Of a DNA stretch of 59,429 bases, positions 19,079 to 27,985 are shown in pieces. Source of the stretch: a virus (Duplodnaviria; Caudoviricetes); the IMG/VR virus record IMGVR_UViG_3300049913_000005, positions 1-59,429 of that record. One strand, 5' to 3'. A model generated the notes under the pieces. That model was not told the DNA's origin. It saw only the letters and a program-made list of their open reading frames with translations, and ran no database searches. Position numbers and translations under genes: made by a program. Position 1 is the first letter of the stretch. The number at the start of each line of letters is the position of its first letter.

Positions 19079-19278
19079 CAACAACGACAATGTTATTCAC
19101 TGTGATCGTTATGACGATCATCTACACCATGTGTGTCGCAATTTGTGCCATAGGTATATGGAACTTGCGCACTGATATAAAATGCAACTGTGCAGTGTGT
19201 AGTGCGTTTGGTGATGACGATGACGATGACGATGATGCTGTATTGTCATCATTAAAGGATAATGGTGCAACGACCTGA
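19075..19278 (+). CDS. Small membrane protein with poly-Asp tract
   Basis: ATGA coupling to the upstream gene; one TM segment, CNCAVC, DDDDDDDD. Confidence 0.5.
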   Translation: MTTTTMLFTVIVMTIIYTMCVAICAIGIWNLRTDIKCNCAVCSAFGDDDDDDDDAVLSSLKDNGATT

Positions 19279-20830
19279 TGCGGACTACCTAGCGCGCGGT
19301 GGCGATCTAGCTGCCGCGCGTTGGTATGACTTAGCCGACATCATGGTACCGCCCAATCTTGCATTTGTGAAGGACCCGATCGCGTGGGCCGAGACACGTG
19401 CCAAGGTCGAGTTGTGGTCAAAGCAAAAAGAGATCATGCAGTCGGTCGCGGACAACTCGAAGACCGCTGTTGCGTCATGCCATAGCATTGGTAAGTCATT
19501 TATCGCGGCATTGACGGTATGTTGGTGGCTTGACATTCACGCGCCGGGCGAGGCGTTCGTCTTCACGACTGCGCCTACCGGTGCGCAGGTAAAGGCCATT
19601 CTTTGGCGCGAGATTAACCGGCAGCACACGCGCATCGGTGATCTTCCTGGTCGCGTCAACCTGACGGAATGGTACATCGGGAACGAACTCGTCGCACTTG
19701 GACGTAAGCCGGACGAACGTAACCCGACCGCTGCCCAGGGGACGCACGCTCGTTTCTTCCTTGCGGTTCTCGATGAGGCGTGCGGCGTACCGCGTTCACT
19801 CTGGGATGCGGCATCAACACTTACTGCCAATCGTTGGGGTCGAACGCTCGTAATCGGAAACCCGGACGACGCCACGACCGAGTTCGCCGATATATGCCTG
19901 CGAGATGATGGTTGGAACAAGATCTTCATTGGCTATAAGGATACGCCCAACTTCACGGGCGAGCACATTAGCCAGTCTTTGAAGGACATGCTGACGTCCG
20001 TTGCATGGGTGGAGGACCGGCGTAAGAAGTGGGGGCCGAACAGCGCACTCTTCATGTCAAAGTGCGAGGGTGTCTTCCCGATCGGTTCCAGTCCGTTCGT
20101 TGTCGTTCCGTTGCTGATGGCGCAGAAGTGCCGGTACATCGACCTTCCTGATGATGGCACACCACATGAGGCTGGCATCGATGTAGGTGGCGGTGGCGAC
20201 CGGACGTTTATCTGGGAACGACGTGGTATGAAGGCAGGACGCCACGAGTCGTTCGTCGATGCTAACCCAATGAAGACGGTCGGGCAATTGGTCATCAGTT
20301 TACGCGAGTGGGGGATTACGAAAGTCAAGGTCGATAGTACGGGTATCGGCTGGGGCGTCGCCGGACGACTGAAGGAACTATCTAGCCGCCACAACCCCCT
20401 GGGTGAATGCGCCCATTCCGCGGAGGTTAACCCGGTTAACTTCGCGGAAAGTGCGACACCAGGAAAGGAAAAGCGTCTTCTTAACAAACGTGCTGAGATG
20501 TGGTGGGACATCGGTCGTGAGTACTCACGACTCGGCACGTGGGACTTGGCGAATGTTGATGATGATACATTACAAGAACTGACGACGCCGTTATATGAGA
20601 CGTTGGACTCCAGTGGAAAGATTAAGATTGAATCAAAGGACAAGGTCATTGAACGGTTAGGTCGTTCACCCGACAGTGCGGATGCATTGCTCTTAGCGTT
20701 TCTTGAAACGACGACCCAGGGGTCGACTAGTCCGATGAGTATGGCTGACGTCAATCTTACGAGTGGTGTTCAGCCAGGTAGTTGGGCGAACACGCCACTC
20801 ATGGACATCAGTCGACGTGGTATAGGCTAG
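19262..20830 (+). CDS. terL: Terminase large subunit
   Basis: SCHSIGKS Walker A, TAPT, VLDEA Walker B, GNP, GIDVG nuclease Asp, RSPDSADA. Confidence 0.93.
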   Translation: MVQRPDADYLARGGDLAAARWYDLADIMVPPNLAFVKDPIAWAETRAKVELWSKQKEIMQSVADNSKTAVASCHSIGKSFIAALTVCWWLDIHAPGEAFVFTTAPTGAQVKAILWREINRQHTRIGDLPGRVNLTEWYIGNELVALGRKPDERNPTAAQGTHARFFLAVLDEACGVPRSLWDAASTLTANRWGRTLVIGNPDDATTEFADICLRDDGWNKIFIGYKDTPNFTGEHISQSLKDMLTSVAWVEDRRKKWGPNSALFMSKCEGVFPIGSSPFVVVPLLMAQKCRYIDLPDDGTPHEAGIDVGGGGDRTFIWERRGMKAGRHESFVDANPMKTVGQLVISLREWGITKVKVDSTGIGWGVAGRLKELSSRHNPLGECAHSAEVNPVNFAESATPGKEKRLLNKRAEMWWDIGREYSRLGTWDLANVDDDTLQELTTPLYETLDSSGKIKIESKDKVIERLGRSPDSADALLLAFLETTTQGSTSPMSMADVNLTSGVQPGSWANTPLMDISRRGIG

Positions 20831-20852
20831 CGGTTGACATTTATCTCATTGT

Positions 20853-21185
20853 ATGATAGAGTCAACACTGTTCAACGGAACTATGATTGGAGATAAGATG
20901 CTACGATGGCGACTTGTCGTGAAATTTGACGACCTCAAAATACAGTCGAATCGTGATCCGTCGTGGACATATCCGAATGACGATGCATCACGATTTCTTG
21001 CCAAAATCCGACGTGCGTGGTCTGATGATAATGCCAGTTATCTTAATGATGTATCGGTATCGAAGAACATGACATATGTTACCGTTAATACTGATACGGT
21101 AGACGGCCTCATGGACTTCATCTGGTGGGTTCCGATGCATACGATCCCGAAGTCAATGGTACTGCAGCGAATGGAAACGCCGTGA
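20853..21185 (+). CDS. Hypothetical protein
   Basis: ORF after TTGACA-N17-TAGAGT (20834-20862); start probably 20898 after GGAG. Confidence 0.55.
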   Translation: MIESTLFNGTMIGDKMLRWRLVVKFDDLKIQSNRDPSWTYPNDDASRFLAKIRRAWSDDNASYLNDVSVSKNMTYVTVNTDTVDGLMDFIWWVPMHTIPKSMVLQRMETP

Positions 21186-21358
21186 GTCGTCGTTCGATCA
21201 CGGCACCGGTGGTTCGACCGCCGCACACCGGTTGGGGCAAATGTTATACGTGCGAGAAATGGTATCGTGCGCGTAACGCTATCGAGGTACGCGTCGCGTG
21301 CATTCCGAACTGTCTAGTCTATGTTTGCTCGACAGAATGTAAGGAGCGTGTAGTATGA
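21182..21358 (+). CDS. Small Cys-rich (zinc-binding) protein
   Basis: CYTC...C..C...CSTEC; GTGA coupling. Confidence 0.5.
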   Translation: MSRRSITAPVVRPPHTGWGKCYTCEKWYRARNAIEVRVACIPNCLVYVCSTECKERVV

Positions 21359-21630
21359 CAGAGTATATCGACATGACGCTGACGGTTACCCAGACCATTA
21401 GAATGCCGATTAATCAGGACTTCTTTCCCGGCACGTATGAAATGACGGCGGATGAGATCGCACAGTATGAGTGTGATCGCCCCCTGGTTGAGAAGGTCGA
21501 ACTGTTCGAGATCGGCATCATTGACGACAATGCAATCGTAAGAACGACGGTTGCCATTGTGGATGAACATGGTAGTACGCACACGCTGACAGAAAAGATC
21601 GAATGCGTATCGGACTCTCGCAACGAGTAG
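21355..21630 (+). CDS. Hypothetical acidic protein
   Basis: AAGGAG RBS, ATGA coupling. Confidence 0.6.
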   Translation: MTEYIDMTLTVTQTIRMPINQDFFPGTYEMTADEIAQYECDRPLVEKVELFEIGIIDDNAIVRTTVAIVDEHGSTHTLTEKIECVSDSRNE

Positions 21631-21657
21631 TCATCCATTATATCAGTGAGGTTACGG

Positions 21658-21686
21658 TTGACGTAGCCTCACTGATATGATATGAT
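21658..21686 (+). promoter_or_regulatory. Sigma70/HrdB-type promoter
   Basis: TTGACG-N17-TATGAT. Confidence 0.7.
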
Positions 21687-21715
21687 AATCACAGAAGACA
21701 ACACTAGGAGCTAAG

Positions 21716-21937
21716 ATGAACGTTCGTAGTAAGCCAGAACTTGAGGCGGAACGTGGCGAACTTGGTCTTGAGTTTGTCGATATCACAAGTGGAACGGCTG
21801 ATTTAGTTGTATGTGGTCTTGGTGTAACTATTGACACGACTGAAACTGGATCAGTATTTTTCAGTGAAGAAGATCTTGTTACGATGTTGAGAATGGTTCG
21901 CGGTGTTGCGATGCGTGCAAAGTATGCTGAATTGTGA
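21716..21937 (+). CDS. Hypothetical protein
   Basis: AGGAG RBS downstream of the promoter. Confidence 0.6.
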   Translation: MNVRSKPELEAERGELGLEFVDITSGTADLVVCGLGVTIDTTETGSVFFSEEDLVTMLRMVRGVAMRAKYAEL

Positions 21938-22563
21938 CAATGTCAGATAGTAAGAAACCGACACTTGCTGATGTCGCGCGACAGGCAAACGTCTCGCCGG
22001 CGACGGCATCACGTGCATTACATGGTGGCAAAGATCGTGTTTGTACCGACACGATAGCGCATATTCGTGCGGTGGCTGATCTGCTTGGATATGCGCGGCG
22101 TCGTCGCGCGCCTGAGTTTCGGAGTGCCAATGACCCAGTGGGTTGGGTCGTCGTCCGCAAGACGCACGTCATTCAGGACATCGCGTGCAACACCGTCATG
22201 GATCAACGTGCGGCTGCGGAACAATGTCACCGTTTCAATAGCAGGTTGAATGCGCGCGGCGAAAAGAACGTGTGGATCGTCATTGCGCTCGTTCCAGTTG
22301 GCCGCAGTCTTGACATGAATGACGGCACGGAGGATGTCGTGAGTGACCGTTGTGAACTTACCGATCTCATTAAAGATCAGTGTGCACATTGTCGAAAGTT
22401 GACGGCACCACCGCTGCAGTTACGCGATCTTAGTCGACCATTGCGTTCGATCGTCGCCGGTATGTGTGGCGACTGCGGTGCGCCGTTCGCCGAAGGCGAC
22501 CGCATTCGTTATGATCGTGAAGAGAACGTCTACGTTGCACGCTGCTGTTGGGGAGATCAATAA
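21934..22563 (+). CDS. LacI-type HTH protein with C-terminal Cys-rich domain
   Basis: PTLADVARQANVSPATASRAL...LGY; C-terminal CAHC/CGDC; internal GGAGG-GTG start at 22339. Confidence 0.75.
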   Translation: MTMSDSKKPTLADVARQANVSPATASRALHGGKDRVCTDTIAHIRAVADLLGYARRRRAPEFRSANDPVGWVVVRKTHVIQDIACNTVMDQRAAAEQCHRFNSRLNARGEKNVWIVIALVPVGRSLDMNDGTEDVVSDRCELTDLIKDQCAHCRKLTAPPLQLRDLSRPLRSIVAGMCGDCGAPFAEGDRIRYDREENVYVARCCWGDQ

Positions 22564-22729
22564 AATTAGCTGGGATCATTTGCCCATTATGTGATACAAT
22601 TAGCATAGAACGGTCGGAACGGCACAACTGAATATCAACTTGGGCCTGGACGGCATCTGAGGTGATCGAGCGCACAGTCGATGATCATTACGCGGTGCCG
22701 TCCAGTCGCGTAATTATTGTGTCATGTGG

Positions 22730-22758
22730 TTGACTTACCGTCATTAGTGTGATATGAT
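22730..22758 (+). promoter_or_regulatory. Sigma70/HrdB-type promoter
   Basis: TTGACT-N17-TATGAT. Confidence 0.7.
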
Positions 22759-22766
22759 ACTACTAG

Positions 22767-23180
22767 ATGGCAAGGTACTACCTAGGAGATATGATGGAAC
22801 GGTATATGATCCAGGCATTTGATGCGACAGGCGAACTGCTCGACATCAGTGATCTCACCATCCAAGAGATCTATGACGGCGGCGATAATAGTGTCAACAT
22901 CGAGTCGACGGGTGAGGTGCTCGCGATCGTTCGAGCGCGTCGAAGCGGGATCTTGCACGACTGGGACGGCGAAATCCACAAGCAAAAGCGCATCGCGTAC
23001 TTTAAGATTTATATTGACGATCGATTTACCTTCCGATTCGCCGAGGCATACATTACGCCATGGGGACTGCGTTGCCGTGTTGAACAGCTTGACCGCGTCG
23101 TCCATCGGCATGAAGCCAAAGGTTGGATATCGTACCTGGGCAAGCATGGCACGATCTACGGCGTGCACATGGCCAACTAA
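22767..23180 (+). CDS. Hypothetical protein (likely start 22791-22794)
   Basis: AGGAG RBS downstream of the promoter. Confidence 0.6.
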   Translation: MARYYLGDMMERYMIQAFDATGELLDISDLTIQEIYDGGDNSVNIESTGEVLAIVRARRSGILHDWDGEIHKQKRIAYFKIYIDDRFTFRFAEAYITPWGLRCRVEQLDRVVHRHEAKGWISYLGKHGTIYGVHMAN

Positions 23181-23259
23181 TCGATAACATCGATGCATAT
23201 CACACGGGACGTCGTAACACGCGGCGTCCCATATGATTGCATAATGATAGAATCTGTCC

Positions 23260-23580
23260 ATGTCCCCCTGGGTGATTATCGTCTTACTGAGTCTTGCGAC
23301 GCATCGTATCACCCGTGTCATTACGCGTGACTGGTTTCCGCCTATACGCAAAGTACGAGTGTGGATCGACCATAAGTTAGGCGAAGAACATTGGTTGTCA
23401 TATTTGACACAATGCGACTGGTGCGCAGGCACGTGGGTGGCAGGCGCACTGACAACGGGACTTGCATTATACATTGCATGTGTCATGCATCAGTCATGGT
23501 GGCCATGGCCTATCTGGGTTCTACTTGGTTGCACGGCATCGACCGTTACGGGACTTATCGCATCTAAGGAACCAGAATGA
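23260..23580 (+). CDS. DUF1360-like membrane protein
   Basis: LATHRITRVITRD...L..CDWC..TW motif, often found before the portal in actinophages. Confidence 0.7.
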   Translation: MSPWVIIVLLSLATHRITRVITRDWFPPIRKVRVWIDHKLGEEHWLSYLTQCDWCAGTWVAGALTTGLALYIACVMHQSWWPWPIWVLLGCTASTVTGLIASKEPE

Positions 23581-23843
23581 CATTTGGTGACGCACTTATA
23601 CCACTCTTACACGGGCAACGTATTACACGTATTGCGTGGTCAGATAATGTCTGGCTTGTATATGTGCCAGGTTCGACGATCGTTGTTGCACCGGATCGAC
23701 CACTCGGTATTGCAATGCCGAATCTTGTCGGATCAACAATTACATATGCTGCGCATATCGACATCAAGACGATAAATGATGTTATCATGCCATGGCAACC
23801 GTCACAGTGCAACATCTTGGCGGATGACTGGATCACACTTTAA
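23577..23843 (+). CDS. DUF2829 / Tad2-like protein (candidate sponge for cyclic-nucleotide immune signals)
   Basis: MTFGDAL..L..G.RITR..W...PWQPSQ.NILADDW signature. Confidence 0.75.
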   Translation: MTFGDALIPLLHGQRITRIAWSDNVWLVYVPGSTIVVAPDRPLGIAMPNLVGSTITYAAHIDIKTINDVIMPWQPSQCNILADDWITL

Positions 23844-23855
23844 TCGGGGGAAATT

Positions 23856-25481
23856 ATGAGTGACCGTCGACCGGTACGCCGTCCACCGGCGTCGGTCTCT
23901 AATGCATTACAGCCGTTTAACGCAATGACGGCGTCGGCACAGAACCTTGACACGCAGATGACGCGTTCACTCGTCATCCAGTCGGTTGAGTGGCAGCAAG
24001 AAGCGTGGAATTTCTATCGGACGCTCGGTGAACTGCATTTCGCGGTACACGACTGGCTTGGTAGTTGCATGTCCCGCGTTCGTCTTGTAGCCGCTGTCGT
24101 CCGTCCCGGGGAGGATCCGTCGCCGATCGTCGACGGACCCGTTGCGCAGCTTGTAGCCGGCTTGGCGGGCGGTATTGGCGGACAGTCCGCGATGTTGGAA
24201 CGCATGGCCGTTCACCTGTCGGTTCCGGGTGATACGTATCTCGTCATCGAGGACGATCCGGTCACACGTGAACGTATGTGGCATGTCTACTCATCTGATG
24301 AGATCCGGATCAAGTCACGTGGCGTGCTCGGCATACTTGGTGCACGAAGTCGGAACAAGTATGAGATCATGGTCGACATGAACGAATGGCGCGATCTTGC
24401 CGAAGAGTCGATGGTCGTTCGCGTCTGGCGACCGGATGATCAGTTCGGATGGAAGGCATCGAGCGCATGCGAGTCTGCCATCCCAATCATGCGGGAAGTG
24501 GATTACTACAACCGGTACATCGTGTCGGTGTTGCTATCACGACTGGCATTAAACGGTGTTCTTCTTATTCCCGAAGAGGTACAGTTCCCCGGTAAGGGTC
24601 CATATAAAGACGCCGCTGATCCGTTTATCGCCGAACTTCTTGACGTTGCAACGAAGAGTATCCAGAACCCGGGTTCGGCATCGGCTGCACTTCCGATGCC
24701 GATTCGCGTACCGTCACAGTACATTGAGGCGTTCAAACATCTTACGTTCGATACGATCATGCATGAAGACGTACTTGAGAACCGTATGCAGGCATTGAAG
24801 CGATTGGCTACTGCACTGACACTACCGGCCGAGATTCTTCTTGGTGTCGCGAGCGTAAACCATTGGGGGCAATGGCAACTTGAAGAAGCTGCCATTAAGA
24901 TTTATATCTCGCCACTTGCCGAACTCATCTGCGCGGGTCTGACGACTGGATGTCTTCATCCATTGCTAAAGTCGATCGGCGTGGATACGGTCGCACCGGA
25001 TGGCGGACAGTACATCATCTGGTATGACACATCCGGATTGTCACAACAGCCAGATCGTACCGGAACCGCTACCGGTCTGTATGACCGTGGTGAACTGAGT
25101 GGTACCGCACTTCGTCGTGAGGCTGGGTTTGAGGAAGTTGATGCGCCGACATCGGATGAACTGAAGGACATGGTATTGAAGCGCATCGCACTCGGTGCGG
25201 GCGCGGAGTCGCTAAAGGCTGCGGCAAAGTTGACCGGTGATGAATCATTGAATCCACCCGAGCCGGCGACACCCGGAATCCCAGGGGGGCCAGTTCCCCC
25301 TGGGTCGAATGCGACCGGTCCGGTTGGTCCACCCGGATCGAATGTGGCACCTGTTCCTCCTGGACCTAAGCAGACACAAGGACCATCGGCGAAACCGGTG
25401 AATGTTACACCTGGAAATAAGACGCCGATCGGTCCGCCCAATACGAAACCGTCGCAGTCGCTTGAATCTGTAAGTGTGTGA
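23856..25481 (+). CDS. Portal protein
   Basis: WQQEAW.FY...GEL, SRVRL, NHWGQW motifs of actinophage portals; Pro-rich tail; position. Confidence 0.88.
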   Translation: MSDRRPVRRPPASVSNALQPFNAMTASAQNLDTQMTRSLVIQSVEWQQEAWNFYRTLGELHFAVHDWLGSCMSRVRLVAAVVRPGEDPSPIVDGPVAQLVAGLAGGIGGQSAMLERMAVHLSVPGDTYLVIEDDPVTRERMWHVYSSDEIRIKSRGVLGILGARSRNKYEIMVDMNEWRDLAEESMVVRVWRPDDQFGWKASSACESAIPIMREVDYYNRYIVSVLLSRLALNGVLLIPEEVQFPGKGPYKDAADPFIAELLDVATKSIQNPGSASAALPMPIRVPSQYIEAFKHLTFDTIMHEDVLENRMQALKRLATALTLPAEILLGVASVNHWGQWQLEEAAIKIYISPLAELICAGLTTGCLHPLLKSIGVDTVAPDGGQYIIWYDTSGLSQQPDRTGTATGLYDRGELSGTALRREAGFEEVDAPTSDELKDMVLKRIALGAGAESLKAAAKLTGDESLNPPEPATPGIPGGPVPPGSNATGPVGPPGSNVAPVPPGPKQTQGPSAKPVNVTPGNKTPIGPPNTKPSQSLESVSV

Positions 25482-25485
25482 TAAC

Positions 25486-27984
25486 ATGCCGAAACGCATA
25501 CATGGTCCAAGTCATGAGCATATCGAGAAGGTCATCGCGCATAGTGACTACCTTGTCGACAAAGCGGTTACGTCGGTGTTGCGGCGGGTAGCCGCGACGC
25601 TGAGCCAAACCGCCGTACGCGCCTCCCTAGCCGCCTCAACACAGCCGTACGGGCCGACGCCTGACGATCTATCGGGGTTGTCGAGCATGTGGACTGATGA
25701 GGTTGACAATCAGTTGAATGATTACGTCACGTCGATGTATGATGAAGCTGCGTCCGCCATCGTCATGTCTATCACGTCGCTATTTCCTGTATTGAGTGTA
25801 ACGCAGATACCGCCTACAACAAGTTTCGAGATCATAATTGCGGCACGAAATCGTCTTGTAGGTGTGAGTGATCATATCTGGGAGGTAGCGCGTACCGAAC
25901 TCTCTATTGGTATGCAAAAGGGTGAATCGATTCCGCAACTTCGTAATCGCATCATTCAGTCCGCGCAGTTGTCAGCACCTCGTGCAACGACCATCGCGCG
26001 TACTGAGGTCATTGGTGCGATGAACGCGGCATCGACCACACAGGTAAAGTTCTCTGGTATGCGCGGTACGAAGGAATGGATGAGTACGCCTGATGCGCGT
26101 ACACGGCCAACGCATCGCATTGCCGCGGGGCAAACCGTCCCCCTGGGTTCTAAGTTTGCCATTGGTGATACATGGCTTGATCATCCAGGTGATCCATCTG
26201 GATCACCTGAAGAGATTGTTAACTGTCGATGTTCAATTGGATTTAACCTTGATCCACCGCATGTGGGTACCGTTGTTGCATCAGGTGGATATACGCCATA
26301 TGTTCGGCGTTGGCATTCTGAATTCTGTAAGGCACCGAAGCACCCAGGACCGTGTAAGGGTTATAAAGGTACAACTCCTACGAAAGAATCAAGTAGTGCG
26401 AAGACGACAACGACTACAGAACATCATGGTGGCGGTGGCGGTGGCGGTGTAGCGCCGGTAGCGGGTATGTCGCACGAAATATCCGCACATCCAACTATTG
26501 GTATCGATCACATTCCTGATGCCGAACAGAAAAAGATATACGATAAGTTCAAAGGTTTCACCACAAAAGGTATGTCACCGTGTTGGCCTGCATCGAAAAT
26601 CTATGACGGTGTGCAACATACAAAGACTGGCGATTCTGAACATGCGAAGTTGACAGATGCGCAGGTATTGAAAGTACTTGATAAGCAGCATGCACTTGCC
26701 GGTAAGAAGGGTGGCGAAAGTCCGTATACCGATAAGGTAACTGATTGGGTTAAGACACCAAAGGGTACGAAAGCTGTACTTGAGGCGCATGCAAATGCAA
26801 AGTCAACGCATGACACTATAACAAAGACAAATCCAGTTGCCTCACATACGGCGACTCCGCTGAAGAAAACTGTGTCTGCTGAAAAGAAAGCACCACAGAC
26901 ACATAATGAAGTAAAAACACCTACGGCTAGTACATCACATATCGGCATTCGCCCGATATCGGCGCATGAAGGTGCAGATGCATCGATTGCGCATGTGCCG
27001 CAGTCGACAAAAGATGTCGTTATTATGGCTGCGAATAAACATGGATTAAGTCCAACTTCGGAGCCATCAGAGATTTATGCTAAGACATCAGTAATGGCCG
27101 CGGTAACGGGTATGTCGCATGCTGATGTCTTGCGTGTACTAGATGAACATCATACTGCACAAAGTGGTGCTACTACTAATACGCACGCATACACCAAACG
27201 TACGGTAGATTATCTTAGTACATCTAATGGCAAAGCGCATGCAATAACCGGTAAGGCACCAACTTCGTCGATAAAGACGAAAACATCACCACCTGCGGTA
27301 TCGACACCGATGTCGCCACATAAAGGCGCAGCCGTATCGATTGTGCCAACTTCGTCATCTGTACATGAACCTTCTGGAGTACCGCAGTATAAAAATCCAT
27401 CGTATGATTCCAGCATACCAAGTAGTGAATTTGCGCATATTACGGCAAAACGAGCTGATACGCTCCAAAGTTTCGCTGAACCGTGGACCACTAAATCACA
27501 TGAGGCAATTCGGTCATATACATCCGTAGCATACGTGCCAATGAATTCGTATCTACGTACTGGGTCAACGAGTAAGTATCTACGTGAGGGATCGCCTGAA
27601 GCCAAATCGATGATTGATGAAGTTCATCATGTGCAAGCTGCTATGCGGCCAATTCCTCAACATGTACTAACATCACGTGGTACAAATTTGCGCGCATTTG
27701 GTATAGCAAATGGCGCAGAATTGCATGCACTTGTTGGTAAAACTGTACAAGATAAAGGATTTACTTCGACATCATATAGCCAACGTAGTTTCGTTGGCGA
27801 AGTAAAAATGAAAATTGAAGTACCTAAGGGCACACATGGTGCATTTGTTAGTGCCGTTTCTGAGCATGAAAATGAAAATGAACTACTTTTAGCTGCTGGT
27901 ACGAAATTTCGTATTTTAGCAGTTACACCACCGACAAGTTCAAAAGGAGCATGGCGTGTTCGTGCTCGAGTTGTAGGAGATTGA
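25486..27984 (+). CDS. MuF-like minor head protein fused to a C-terminal VIP2-type ADP-ribosyltransferase
   Basis: IARTE, KEW, D.RTRPTH, PGDP....EE.VNCRC (MuF); YT...Y..MN.YLR, RG, GFTSTS, EVPKG, ENELLL (R-S-E ART). Confidence 0.88.
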   Translation: MPKRIHGPSHEHIEKVIAHSDYLVDKAVTSVLRRVAATLSQTAVRASLAASTQPYGPTPDDLSGLSSMWTDEVDNQLNDYVTSMYDEAASAIVMSITSLFPVLSVTQIPPTTSFEIIIAARNRLVGVSDHIWEVARTELSIGMQKGESIPQLRNRIIQSAQLSAPRATTIARTEVIGAMNAASTTQVKFSGMRGTKEWMSTPDARTRPTHRIAAGQTVPLGSKFAIGDTWLDHPGDPSGSPEEIVNCRCSIGFNLDPPHVGTVVASGGYTPYVRRWHSEFCKAPKHPGPCKGYKGTTPTKESSSAKTTTTTEHHGGGGGGGVAPVAGMSHEISAHPTIGIDHIPDAEQKKIYDKFKGFTTKGMSPCWPASKIYDGVQHTKTGDSEHAKLTDAQVLKVLDKQHALAGKKGGESPYTDKVTDWVKTPKGTKAVLEAHANAKSTHDTITKTNPVASHTATPLKKTVSAEKKAPQTHNEVKTPTASTSHIGIRPISAHEGADASIAHVPQSTKDVVIMAANKHGLSPTSEPSEIYAKTSVMAAVTGMSHADVLRVLDEHHTAQSGATTNTHAYTKRTVDYLSTSNGKAHAITGKAPTSSIKTKTSPPAVSTPMSPHKGAAVSIVPTSSSVHEPSGVPQYKNPSYDSSIPSSEFAHITAKRADTLQSFAEPWTTKSHEAIRSYTSVAYVPMNSYLRTGSTSKYLREGSPEAKSMIDEVHHVQAAMRPIPQHVLTSRGTNLRAFGIANGAELHALVGKTVQDKGFTSTSYSQRSFVGEVKMKIEVPKGTHGAFVSAVSEHENENELLLAAGTKFRILAVTPPTSSKGAWRVRARVVGD

Positions 27985-27985
27985 T

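Noticed and set aside
19211-19237. GAT/GAC trinucleotide run
   Set aside because: It simply encodes a poly-Asp tract in a small membrane protein
19933-20754. Long antisense ORFs (e.g. 19933-20754, 39823-40761, 22782-23486, 12904-13503)
   Set aside because: They are shadow frames opposite well-supported genes, with no motifs or RBS
25255-25445. Pro/Gly-rich repeats at the portal C-terminus
   Set aside because: Low-complexity tails are common in actinophage portals; only the two embedded motif copies are notable, and they are counted above
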